Shown: positions 16,557 to 25,484 of the stretch, piece after piece
Layout of the letters: each line of letters starts with the position of its first letter
Position numbering within the stretch: position 1 is the stretch's first letter
Assembly: GCA_964521085.1 (NCBI GenBank)
Contig: CAZFPL010000008.1
Location: forward strand, 946-64,945
Origin: an uncultured Anaerolineales bacterium
GTDB lineage: Bacteria > Chloroflexota > Anaerolineae > Anaerolineales > RBG-16-64-43
Length of the DNA: 64,000 nucleotides
Direction of reading: 5' to 3'
Position numbers and translations under genes: made by a program
The notes under the pieces: generated by a model
Seen by the model: only the letters and a program-made list of their open reading frames with translations
What the model was told of the DNA's origin: nothing
The model's database searches: none

Positions 16557-16600
16557 TTGACAAGGGGTTGATAATCCGCTAATATATCCAAGACGGATAT
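16557..16600 (+). promoter_or_regulatory. Sigma-70-type promoter of padR with overlapping palindromic candidate operator
   Basis: TTGACA (16557-16562), a 17-nt spacer, then TAATAT (16580-16585). The palindrome ATATCC-n5-GGATAT (16584-16600) overlaps the -10 and the expected transcription start. Confidence 0.6.
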
Positions 16601-16639
16601 ATCTGTTAGGGATATATTCTTAAAAAAGGAGAAGAGGCT

Positions 16640-16990
16640 ATGGCAGACAAGTCGAGTTCGTATCCGCCATTGACCCCGGCGGTTTTCCACATCCTAATAT
16701 CTCTGGCGGACGGGGAAAAACACGGGTACGGTATCATGAAGAATGTGGAGACGCAGACCCGAGGGCAGATAAAAATGGGCCCCGGCACGATGTACGGTTC
16801 GATCAAACGCATGCTGGCGGCGGGGCTGATCGAAGAAACCGAAGAGCGTCCGGATCCGGAGTTGGACGACGAACGGCGGCGCTATTATCGTCTGACCGCC
16901 GTTGGACGGAAAGTGGCGGTTGCGGAAACGGAACGCCTGTCGCAAGTCCTGAAAATCGCCCGTCAGAAACATATCATGGTTTGCTCATAA
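16640..16990 (+). CDS. PadR-family transcriptional regulator
   Basis: HILISLADGEKHGYGIMKNVE...GPGTMYGSIKRMLAAGLIEE...RRYYRLTAVGR is a canonical PadR winged helix. Confidence 0.9.
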   Translation: MADKSSSYPPLTPAVFHILISLADGEKHGYGIMKNVETQTRGQIKMGPGTMYGSIKRMLAAGLIEETEERPDPELDDERRRYYRLTAVGRKVAVAETERLSQVLKIARQKHIMVCS

Positions 16991-17005
16991 AAACGGAGTT
17001 TATCG

Positions 17006-18382
17006 ATGAAACCCAATCCCACGATTGACCTATCGCGCCGTTTCTACGCCGGATTATTGAAGCTTTACCCGCGGGAATTCCGCGACGAATTCGGTCAGTC
17101 CATGTTGCAGCTCTTCACCGACCAATGCCGTTCCGTGATGCGAGAAAACGGAACGCGTGGAATGGTATCTCTTTGGTTGCGAACGATTTCGGATTTGTTC
17201 GTGAGTCTCCTCCGCGAGCATCTTGTACCATCGCGCGCGTCGCTGGGGCTGCTCGAGGCGGTTCCGAACAAGCCGCTGCCCTGGAAGGGCGTCGCCCTGG
17301 TCCTCATTCCCGGGGTTGTGTTCATGGTCGGGCAGATCGGCCAGCTGGCGGGGGAGGATTGGTTCTTCCTGCTCGTTCGCCGCGCGGCGTATTTCCTGAT
17401 CGTTCCCGTTCTGCTGGTCTGGTTCGTTAAACGCAAATTCCCGATCTGGGGGTTGATCCCGCTCGGCATGTTTTACCGTACCCTATTCGAAGTCGGGTAC
17501 CGCATCCCATCCTTGCTGTCGGAAAATATCACGAGGATATTCGAATCACCCAACACACTGGCTGCGAAATTGCATAACGTGTATCCGCCGATAATGAAGA
17601 TTCTGGGTGATGTACAGTATTTTCTGAAAGCCCATTCAAAGGACATTCAAATCTTCATTACCCTCGTCCTGCTGGGGTGCGCGACCGTGATGATCCTGCT
17701 GATCATCCGCCGCCAAGGGTATCCGCGCGCAGCCCGCGCCTGGACGGGCGCGGTTCTCTTCCTGACTCTGCTTCAAATGCTTTCCGGTTTTCTCAGTTAT
17801 TGGGTGGACAATAAATGGCCTCTCGATAAACTGATCTATTCGACGGATTTCAGAAGCATCATCGGAGTGGAATTGGGCATCGCGTATGATTACTTTACCC
17901 TTTATTTCGGCTTTTTTCTTCTGATCTTAATCGGCGCTTTGCTGGCACAGCGCCACGGACGGATGGCGCTTCTGCTCCCCCTGGGATACCTTATTCCAAC
18001 CGTCGTCCTGGGACGGTTCGGATACGATGACAGCATGCCGTACCTGTTGATTTCCGCCAGCGTTATTGTGTTTGTCTATCGTGTTCTTGTTTCCCTGCTC
18101 GCCCCGGTTTGGATCGTACGCTCCGCCACCGATGCCGGTCAGAAACGCGCCGGGACCGTCGGATTGACCGTTGCGGTTGGAATCCTCGTGGTGGCCCACA
18201 TTGGGTATCTGATCTATTGGATCGTGTCCGACGGCTGGGAATGGAATGCGCTTAATGTCTATTACACCTTTTCACCGGAATTAATTACGCTGGCGGGAAT
18301 TGCACTGGCCGTGTCGCTGTATGGTCCAAACAGCGTCGCGCAACCGAAGCCGGGATGGAGACCGGCGGGGCAGGAAATATAG
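17006..18382 (+). CDS. Polytopic membrane protein with PadR-associated cytoplasmic N-terminal domain
   Basis: It lies 15 nt downstream of padR. The N-terminus FYAGLLKLYPREFRDEFGQSMLQLFTD resembles the 'permease prefix' domain commonly found next to PadR genes. About 10 hydrophobic helices follow. Confidence 0.6.
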   Translation: MKPNPTIDLSRRFYAGLLKLYPREFRDEFGQSMLQLFTDQCRSVMRENGTRGMVSLWLRTISDLFVSLLREHLVPSRASLGLLEAVPNKPLPWKGVALVLIPGVVFMVGQIGQLAGEDWFFLLVRRAAYFLIVPVLLVWFVKRKFPIWGLIPLGMFYRTLFEVGYRIPSLLSENITRIFESPNTLAAKLHNVYPPIMKILGDVQYFLKAHSKDIQIFITLVLLGCATVMILLIIRRQGYPRAARAWTGAVLFLTLLQMLSGFLSYWVDNKWPLDKLIYSTDFRSIIGVELGIAYDYFTLYFGFFLLILIGALLAQRHGRMALLLPLGYLIPTVVLGRFGYDDSMPYLLISASVIVFVYRVLVSLLAPVWIVRSATDAGQKRAGTVGLTVAVGILVVAHIGYLIYWIVSDGWEWNALNVYYTFSPELITLAGIALAVSLYGPNSVAQPKPGWRPAGQEI

Positions 18383-18406
18383 CCCGTTCGAGGAACAGTC
18401 TCTTTT

Positions 18407-18437
18407 CCCCCCGGATGATGTTTTTCCGGGGTTTTTT
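18407..18437 (+). terminator. Intrinsic terminator after the membrane protein gene
   Basis: CCCCGGA - loop - TCCGGGG, followed by TTTTTT. Confidence 0.65.
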
Positions 18438-18514
18438 ATATTTTCACTGCGGATCATTGGATACGATATCCGGGAGTACAATCCGCTTAGCGATACGATC
18501 CTGGAGGATGGACA

Positions 18515-19240
18515 ATGGCGGATATGGAATCTGTTTCTGTGCTGAGTTTGGCGAAAATGATCGATCACTCGCTGCTGCACCCGACCATGACCGATAAGGA
18601 CATCCTCGCCGGGTGCGATCTGGCGAAAAAATACCGGACGGCAACGGTATGCGTCAAACCGTATGCCGTTCCCATGACGCGCGACGCGCTGGCCGGATCC
18701 GGAGTGGGCGTCTGCGCGGTGATCGGATTCCCGCACGGCAACAGCACGACCGCGATCAAGATCGCCGAAACGATTCAAGCCATCCAGGACGGCGCGGCCG
18801 AAATCGACATGGTGATAAACATCGGGAAGGCAGTCGGGGGTGATTGGGAATATGTGTCCCGGGAAATCCAGGTGGTGAACGATGCGTGTACGGCTGGGAA
18901 TGCCATCTTGAAAGTCATCTTCGAGACGGATTTCCTTTTGGACGGCCAGGTCATCCGGTTGTGTGAGATCTGCTCGCAATTACAGGTGGCATTTGTGAAA
19001 ACTTCCACCGGATACGGATTTGTCAAACAGCCGAATGGATTCTATGCCTACCGGGGGGCGACAGAGGACATTGTAAAATTAATGCGTGAGCACACGGAAC
19101 CTTGCGTTCTACTCAAAGCGGCGGGCGGGATACGGACTTTGGATGAGATGCTGCGTTTCCGCGCGCTGGGCGCCGCGCGGATCGGTGCGACCGCGACCGA
19201 ATCCATTCTGGAAGAAGCCAAGCGGCGCGGATATGGGTGA
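18515..19240 (+). CDS. deoC: Deoxyribose-phosphate aldolase
   Basis: IDHSLLHP, VCVKPY, VIGFPHG, EIDMVINIG, LKVIFET and FVKTSTGYG (Schiff-base Lys) support the call. GGAGGA lies upstream of the ATG. Confidence 0.9.
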   Translation: MADMESVSVLSLAKMIDHSLLHPTMTDKDILAGCDLAKKYRTATVCVKPYAVPMTRDALAGSGVGVCAVIGFPHGNSTTAIKIAETIQAIQDGAAEIDMVINIGKAVGGDWEYVSREIQVVNDACTAGNAILKVIFETDFLLDGQVIRLCEICSQLQVAFVKTSTGYGFVKQPNGFYAYRGATEDIVKLMREHTEPCVLLKAAGGIRTLDEMLRFRALGAARIGATATESILEEAKRRGYG

Positions 19241-19475
19241 TCTGAAACACCGGAACTTGGAAACCCGATCTCATCCCATCCGGTATCGGAAGCCGTCAGC
19301 ATTTCGATCATGATGCGATCTGCGCGATCGAAGATTATTGTCGATGGGGATCAGGAAACCGCCGGGCGGCGGATCCTTTTCCCTTATGCCAGGATGCGTC
19401 TTGAGTATAATGAAAAATCGATAATCATTCCACGTTGCGGCCGGCGCAACGGATCCAACGAGGATCGAGCGCAGG

Positions 19476-22400
19476 ATGGATAATCCGGTGACGCAGCAAG
19501 ATGAACTTAAGGGGGAATCCACGAACGCCCGGCGGCGTCCAACCCTGGGTTTTCTCTCGGCGAATATTCATATTGGAACCGGCCGTTCCCTCTGGCCGGC
19601 CATCGTCCGCGCGGCGGAACGCCATAATGCCAACCTCATTTGTTTTCCGGGCGGCGGCCTCCGCGCCTCGGGCGGATTCGAAGCGCAACGCAATGCCATT
19701 TACGATCTGGTGAATCCCGGGAGCGTGGACGGCCTGATCAGTTGGTCGTCCACCCTGGGCGGGGTGCTCGAGCCGTCCGTGGTGGCGGATTTCCACAGCC
19801 GGTTCAAACCCCTGCCATTGGTCAGCCTGGCGCAGCTCATGGCGGACGTGCCGACGGTGCTGGTCGACAGTTATAACGGCATGCGCGCCGTTTTGATTCA
19901 TCTGATTGAAGTTCACGGATACCGCCGCCTGGCTTTCATCCGCGGCCCGGAACGCCACTTCTATGCGCAGGAGCGTTTTCGGGCGTACACCGAAACGCTT
20001 CAGGCGTACGGGATCCCCTACAATGCCGCGCTTGTCACGCCCCCCATGCAATGGGAATCCGGCGCCGAGGCGATCCGCCTGCTCTTGGATGAAAACCAGT
20101 TGCGGCCGCGGATCGACTTCCAGGCGGTCCTGGCGGTGAGCGACCTGCTGGCGCTCGAAGCTTTGAAGGCTTTGCAAAACCGGGGGATTCAGGTGCCGAG
20201 CGAGGTGGCGCTTTCGGGATTCAACGATTCCACGGAGAGCCGCCTGTCCACTCCGCCGCTCACCTCCGTTTCGCTGCCGTTTGCGGAGCAGGGGGCGCGG
20301 GCGGTGGAGATGGTGTTGGCTCAACTCGGCGGCGAATCCGTTCCGGAGAAGGTGCTGCTTCCCTCCCGGCTGGTCATCCGCCAATCCTGCGGCTGCCCCT
20401 CGGCCGCCGTGGTGCTGGCGGCGGCCAGGTCGGCGGCCGTGGAAGGTTTGGATTTTCCGATGGCAATGGCGGCTTTCCGGGAACGGGCGCTGGCAGACAT
20501 GGCAACGGCTTTGCCGGATGCGGGGGAACAGATTTCTGTTTGGGCGAAAAATCTGTTGGATGCGTTCCAGGCCGAACTGCAAGCCGCGCCCGCCGGTTGT
20601 TTCATTCCGACTTTGGAAAAGGTCCTCGGTCAGGCGGTGGCGTCCGGCTCGGATCCATCCGCCTGGCAGGGATTGATCTCGGCTCTCCGGCGGCGGGCGC
20701 TGCCGTATCTCGCTCCCCCGGCGCGAGCTTTCGCGGAGGATCTCTTCGGCCAGGCGCGGGTTGTGGTCAGCGAAACCACCCAGCGGATGCAGATCTATCT
20801 GCAATGGCAGGCGGAACGGCAAACCGCACTGCTGCAGGAAATCGGGCAGGCGCTGATCACCACCTTCGACATCGCCAAGCTTGCGGACGTGCTTGCCGAA
20901 AGCCTGCCCCGGCTTGGGATCGCCAGCGGATACCTTGCGCTGTATGAACAGCCGGCCTTGTCCCTGGAATATTCCCATCTGATCCTGGCCTATAACGAAC
21001 ACGGGCGCGCACCTCTGGAAATCGGCGGACGGCGGTTTCTCTCCCGCCGGTTGCTGCCGGAAGGAATGCTGCCTTCCGACCGGCGATTAAGCCTGGTCGT
21101 GGAACCGCTTTATTTCCAGGATACCCAGATCGGATTTGCGTTGTTTGAAATCGGGCCGCACGACGGATCCGTTTACGAAATCCTCCGCGGCCATATCAGC
21201 AGCGCACTCAAAGGCGCCCTCCTGTTCCAGGACGCCCAACAGGCGCGCCTGGCGGCCGAAAAGGCCGACCAAATCAAGACCCGTCTGCTGGCGAATGTCA
21301 GCCACGAATTGCGCACCCCCCTGAATATCATCCTGGGCCATACCCGGAATGCCATGGACCAATCCGGAAAGCCCGATTCGGCCCCCGGTTTATCGGACGA
21401 TCTTCAACACATTCAAAGTAGCGCCGAGCATCAACTCCGCGTGATCAACGACCTGCTCGATCTCTCCCGGGCGGAGATCGACGAGTTGGATCTGCATCCG
21501 GAACTCCTGGAACCTCTGCCGCTCCTGGTGGAGGTCTACCAGAGTATGTCCGGACGGGCGGATATTTCCACGGCGGTGAAATGGAATTTACGGATTCCCG
21601 ACCAGCTTCCGCTCATCCAGGCCGATCCCGTACGGCTCCGCCAAATCCTTCTGAATCTATTAAGCAATGCCAGGAAATACACCGAAAAGGGAACGATTAC
21701 ATTGGGGGCGGAGGTTGCCCCGCCTTTTCTGCACCTATGGGTCGAAGATTCCGGGATAGGAATTCCCGAGGATCAACAGGAACATATCTTCGAACCGTTC
21801 GGAACCGGGGAACATACCGGCGAGACGCCGCCCGGGATCGGGCTGGGGCTCTCCATCACGCGGCACTTGGTGGCGCTGCACAACGGTTCGATCAAAGTAG
21901 ACAGCCGTCCTGGAAAAGGCAGCACGTTCCACGTCTTTCTGCCGCTGCCGCGAATTGACGGTCCGGCCTCCCCGGCGTTTGAAACTGCCCAACCGGTCCT
22001 GCTGCTGCTTTCCGCTTTCGATCCGCCGGCCGAAGAAATAGTCGAATTAAGCCGCCGCCAGGGATTAGAAATCCGCCGGCTGCGCGCTGGAGGAGACTGG
22101 GAGAAGGAACTGACAGGCGTTCGGCCTGTGGCCTTGGCCTGGGATCTGGGCGGCATACAATCGAGCGATTGGACGATGGTGCGCCGGTTTCGCACCCATC
22201 CACTTTTAAGTCAGGCACCGGTCATCCTGTATGGGCAAGCGAAAAAAGAGCAGGGGAACGAAGCGGGGTTGACGTTGGGGTTAACAAGTTTCCTGGACAA
22301 ATCCGCCGGAATTCAGGCGCTGATGGAAACGTTCCACACCGTGAGACCCGCTTCGACCGCCGGTCCGGTTCTGATCGTCGACGACGATCCGAAAGTACGC

Positions 22401-23078
22401 GCGTCGCACCAGGAGGTTGTTCTCAAGGGATTGCCGGGTTTCCCTGTCCGCACCGCAGCCGACGGCAAAGCCGCCCAGGACGCCATGCGCGCGGAAATCC
22501 CCAGCCTGGTCATTCTGGATTTAATCATGCCCGGAATAGGCGGTGAGGAAGTCCTGGAATGGATGCGGGCCGATCCGAGGCTGCGCACGGTGCCGGTGAT
22601 CATCCTCTCCAGCAAATTGTTGAATTTGGAGGATGTCAAGCGGCTGGAACGATACGCGCGGGTAACCTTCCAAAGCAAAGGGATCCTGACCGAGGGAGAG
22701 ACGATCGCCGCGTTGAACCGGGCATTGTTTGGAACCGACACTCTGCCCCAGCACACTTCCGCGCTGGTAAAACGGACGGTTGCATTCCTGCATCAAAATT
22801 ATTCCCGGCCGCTTTCCCGCTGGGAGTTGGCGAAAGCACTCGGGATCAGCGAAGACTACTTAAGCCGGGTATTCAACCGGGAACTCGGTCTTTCACCTTG
22901 GGATTATTTAAACCGCTACCGCATCCTGCAAGCCAAGACGCTGCTGCAGAATACGTCGAACAGCATGCGGATAATCGCCCACCAGGTGGGCTTCCGCGAC
23001 CAATCCTATTTCAGCCGTGTATTTCACAAGTTTACCGGGCAATCCCCGCAAAATTATCGCGACAATCCCGAAGGATAA
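19476..23078 (+). CDS. Soluble hybrid two-component regulator: LacI-type sugar-binding domain, GAF-like region, HisKA/HATPase, pseudo-receiver, receiver, AraC HTH
   Basis: The N-terminus carries a periplasmic-binding-protein-type-1 pattern without an HTH (LAFIRGP...RFRAY, AVSDLLALEALKAL...VPSEVALSGFND). H-box: LANVSHELRTPLN. HATPase: NLLSNARKYT...DSGIGIP...GIGLGLSI. REC: VLIVDDDP...LVILDLIMPG...VIILSSK. AraC: LSRVFNRELGLSPWDYLNRYRI...QVGFRDQSYFSRVFHKFTGQSP. No TM segment was seen. Confidence 0.85.
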   Translation: MDNPVTQQDELKGESTNARRRPTLGFLSANIHIGTGRSLWPAIVRAAERHNANLICFPGGGLRASGGFEAQRNAIYDLVNPGSVDGLISWSSTLGGVLEPSVVADFHSRFKPLPLVSLAQLMADVPTVLVDSYNGMRAVLIHLIEVHGYRRLAFIRGPERHFYAQERFRAYTETLQAYGIPYNAALVTPPMQWESGAEAIRLLLDENQLRPRIDFQAVLAVSDLLALEALKALQNRGIQVPSEVALSGFNDSTESRLSTPPLTSVSLPFAEQGARAVEMVLAQLGGESVPEKVLLPSRLVIRQSCGCPSAAVVLAAARSAAVEGLDFPMAMAAFRERALADMATALPDAGEQISVWAKNLLDAFQAELQAAPAGCFIPTLEKVLGQAVASGSDPSAWQGLISALRRRALPYLAPPARAFAEDLFGQARVVVSETTQRMQIYLQWQAERQTALLQEIGQALITTFDIAKLADVLAESLPRLGIASGYLALYEQPALSLEYSHLILAYNEHGRAPLEIGGRRFLSRRLLPEGMLPSDRRLSLVVEPLYFQDTQIGFALFEIGPHDGSVYEILRGHISSALKGALLFQDAQQARLAAEKADQIKTRLLANVSHELRTPLNIILGHTRNAMDQSGKPDSAPGLSDDLQHIQSSAEHQLRVINDLLDLSRAEIDELDLHPELLEPLPLLVEVYQSMSGRADISTAVKWNLRIPDQLPLIQADPVRLRQILLNLLSNARKYTEKGTITLGAEVAPPFLHLWVEDSGIGIPEDQQEHIFEPFGTGEHTGETPPGIGLGLSITRHLVALHNGSIKVDSRPGKGSTFHVFLPLPRIDGPASPAFETAQPVLLLLSAFDPPAEEIVELSRRQGLEIRRLRAGGDWEKELTGVRPVALAWDLGGIQSSDWTMVRRFRTHPLLSQAPVILYGQAKKEQGNEAGLTLGLTSFLDKSAGIQALMETFHTVRPASTAGPVLIVDDDPKVRASHQEVVLKGLPGFPVRTAADGKAAQDAMRAEIPSLVILDLIMPGIGGEEVLEWMRADPRLRTVPVIILSSKLLNLEDVKRLERYARVTFQSKGILTEGETIAALNRALFGTDTLPQHTSALVKRTVAFLHQNYSRPLSRWELAKALGISEDYLSRVFNRELGLSPWDYLNRYRILQAKTLLQNTSNSMRIIAHQVGFRDQSYFSRVFHKFTGQSPQNYRDNPEG

Positions 23079-23464
23079 ACGTCCTGATGTAAGCTCTTCC
23101 AACAGATGAGAGACCGCTCGTTCGGATTCTTACGGCCTACCGGGAACAATAACGGCGAAAGTCCCGGTTTTCAGGCAAGAATCGCTCCCTTCCACCTGCT
23201 TGATTCAAATCGCACTTCCTCTGAATTCCGCTTTTCCTACGGGCATCCGGGCCTGTGAAAATGGATCACCGACATCCGGGAAAGTGGTAGATTTATAAGC
23301 AAATACCATTGCTATTCCTCGCTTATTAAATGGAAGGAAGGTGAGAGGCATGTTCCCTCCCTTCGCGACAGGCTTACCCCGGCAGCCGAATCACAGCCCG
23401 CCCCCCGGAACGAGCCGCTTTTTTCCATGCAAAGCGCGCCAGAATCCAAAAGGAGGTTTTTATA

Positions 23465-24493
23465 ATGAATCCAAGCGAAACCAATCGTTCTTCTTCCGCA
23501 CGGCAGGATTCCAAAGTGACAGAAAAAACGGCAATCCAATCTGCGGCTGTACCGGTCAGTGAGATTGAGATCCCATGGCGGGAGAGGCTCCGGCGCTTAG
23601 GGCGCGCCATGTGGCGGCACCGCTGGCTTTACATCATCGTATTACCCTCCCTGCTCTTTTTTGTCGTGTTCAAATACTGGCCTTTGTTTAACGCGCAGAT
23701 TGCATTCAAGGATTTCAAGCCGGCGTTGGGCGTGGTAGCCAGCCCGTGGGTCGGCTTCAAGCACTTAGAGGCCTTCTTCAATTCCTATTATTTTTCACGG
23801 CTTATCGGGAACACGCTGTTCTTCAGCGTCGTGAAGCTTATCCTGGGAATGCCGACGGCGATCATCCTCGCCAATGCGCTGTATGAAACGCGCTTTAATT
23901 TCTTCCGGTCCATCGTCCAGACCGGCGCCTACATCCCGCACTTCCTCTCGTGGGTCATCATGTTCGGCGTGCTGCTGACGATGCTTTCTCCCAGCGATGG
24001 GCTGGTTAATGAAATCATCAAGGCGTCCGGAGGGAAATCGATCTCATTTCTCACCTCGCCAAAATATTTCCGCTGGGTGGTGATCTTTTCCGACATCTGG
24101 AAGGAGACCGGATGGAGCACGATTCTCTATTATGCGGCGCTGATGGCGATCGAGACATCTCTCTTCGAAGCGGCGTCGGTGGACGGAGCTTCGCGCTTGC
24201 AGCGCATCTGGCACATATCCCTCCCGGGGATCCTGCCGGTGATCATGATCGTGACACTCCTCCGCCTGGGGCACATCCTGGATGCGGGATTCAACGAGAT
24301 CTTCGTGCTCTATTCGGTGCCCGTGTACAGCGTCGCGGACATCATTGACACGTGGGTCTATCGGGCGGGCATTTTGGAATTCAAATACAGCCTGGCCACC
24401 GCAGTGGGTTTGTTCAAGGGCGTGATCGGGCTCACCCTGCTCGTCGTTTCGAACGAGTTGGCAAAGCGCTGGGCTCGTACCAGCCTTTACTGA
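23465..24493 (+). CDS. lplB: Sugar ABC transporter permease, LplB/YteP type
   Basis: AGGAGG lies 9 nt upstream of the ATG. YIIVLPSLLFFVVFKYWPLFNAQIAFKDF...VGFKHLEAFF is typical of LplB-family permeases. The EAA-like loop reads EAASVDGASRLQRIWHISLPGI. Confidence 0.85.
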   Translation: MNPSETNRSSSARQDSKVTEKTAIQSAAVPVSEIEIPWRERLRRLGRAMWRHRWLYIIVLPSLLFFVVFKYWPLFNAQIAFKDFKPALGVVASPWVGFKHLEAFFNSYYFSRLIGNTLFFSVVKLILGMPTAIILANALYETRFNFFRSIVQTGAYIPHFLSWVIMFGVLLTMLSPSDGLVNEIIKASGGKSISFLTSPKYFRWVVIFSDIWKETGWSTILYYAALMAIETSLFEAASVDGASRLQRIWHISLPGILPVIMIVTLLRLGHILDAGFNEIFVLYSVPVYSVADIIDTWVYRAGILEFKYSLATAVGLFKGVIGLTLLVVSNELAKRWARTSLY

Positions 24494-24508
24494 TCAGGAG
24501 AGATCTCC

Positions 24509-25387
24509 ATGCCAGTCAAATCGAGAGAAGAAATCGTCTTTCAAATATTGGTCAACGGCTTCCTGATTCTTGTACTGCTTATCATCCTGGTCCCGTTGTG
24601 GCGGGTTGTGATGATGTCGCTCACCCCGCTGGGATATGCCGCAGAGGATACCAGCTTCGGCATGCTCATCCCTCCCTGGAGATGGAGCATCGAAGCGTAC
24701 AAGCAGCTGATGACTCATCCGAATTTCATCAATGCGGTCTGGAACAGCACACAGATCACCGTACTCGGAACTTCGCTCAGCCTATTCCTCACCGTACCGC
24801 TGGCGTATGTCCTCTCGATCAGGACCCTTCCAGGCCGGAATATCCTTATTAATTTCATACTGCTTACCTATCTGTTCAGCGCCGGAATGGTGCCGACCTA
24901 CCTGGTGGTGCACGACCTGGGGCTGACCGACCACCTGACCGCTGTGTTTGTTCCGGTGGCGATCGGGGTCTACAACGTTCTTCTGATGAAAGGATTTTTC
25001 GAGGGCCTGCCCGTCGAACTGGAGGAGGCGGCCCGACTCGACGGCGCCAGCGAATTGCAGGTGCTGATCCAGGTCATCCTGCCGCTTTCGAAACCGATCC
25101 TGTTGACCATCGGTTTGTTCTACGGAGTCTTCTATTGGAACGAGTTCTTCTATCCGATCCTGTATCTAAACAATAACGATCTGATGCCGCTGCCGGTGCT
25201 GCTGCGCAACATCCTCATGGCATCCAGCCTGAACGAATATGTGGAATACGACGCATTTAGCGCCGCTCCAATTCAATCTCTCAAAGCCGCGAGTGTATTC
25301 ATCACCATGCTGCCCATGGTAGCCGTCTACCCGTTCATTCAGCGTTACTTCACCAAGAGTACGCTGACGGGTAGCGTGAAGCAGTGA
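24509..25387 (+). CDS. lplC: Sugar ABC transporter permease, LplC/YtcP type
   Basis: The EAA loop reads EEAARLDGASELQVLIQVILPLSKP. Six TM helices are predicted by eye. Confidence 0.85.
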   Translation: MPVKSREEIVFQILVNGFLILVLLIILVPLWRVVMMSLTPLGYAAEDTSFGMLIPPWRWSIEAYKQLMTHPNFINAVWNSTQITVLGTSLSLFLTVPLAYVLSIRTLPGRNILINFILLTYLFSAGMVPTYLVVHDLGLTDHLTAVFVPVAIGVYNVLLMKGFFEGLPVELEEAARLDGASELQVLIQVILPLSKPILLTIGLFYGVFYWNEFFYPILYLNNNDLMPLPVLLRNILMASSLNEYVEYDAFSAAPIQSLKAASVFITMLPMVAVYPFIQRYFTKSTLTGSVKQ

Positions 25388-25484
25388 GGAGGAGGTGAAT
25401 CGATAGAAATCATCCAAGTAGGTCCGCACCAGCGCTTGTGAATTTCCAAGCCGTGAATCACAACATTCTACAAGGAGGAATGGA

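Noticed and set aside
19425-21002. 525-aa minus-strand ORF
   Set aside because: It is antisense to the hybrid regulator gene, whose own frame carries clear domain motifs. Its composition is R/G/P/Q-rich and low in complexity.
23243-23290. Direct repeat CATCCGGG ... CATCCGGG upstream of the transporter genes as an AraC-type binding site for the hybrid regulator
   Set aside because: There are only two 8-mers at an irregular spacing in GC-rich DNA, which is easily chance. No supporting second site was seen upstream of other genes in the locus.
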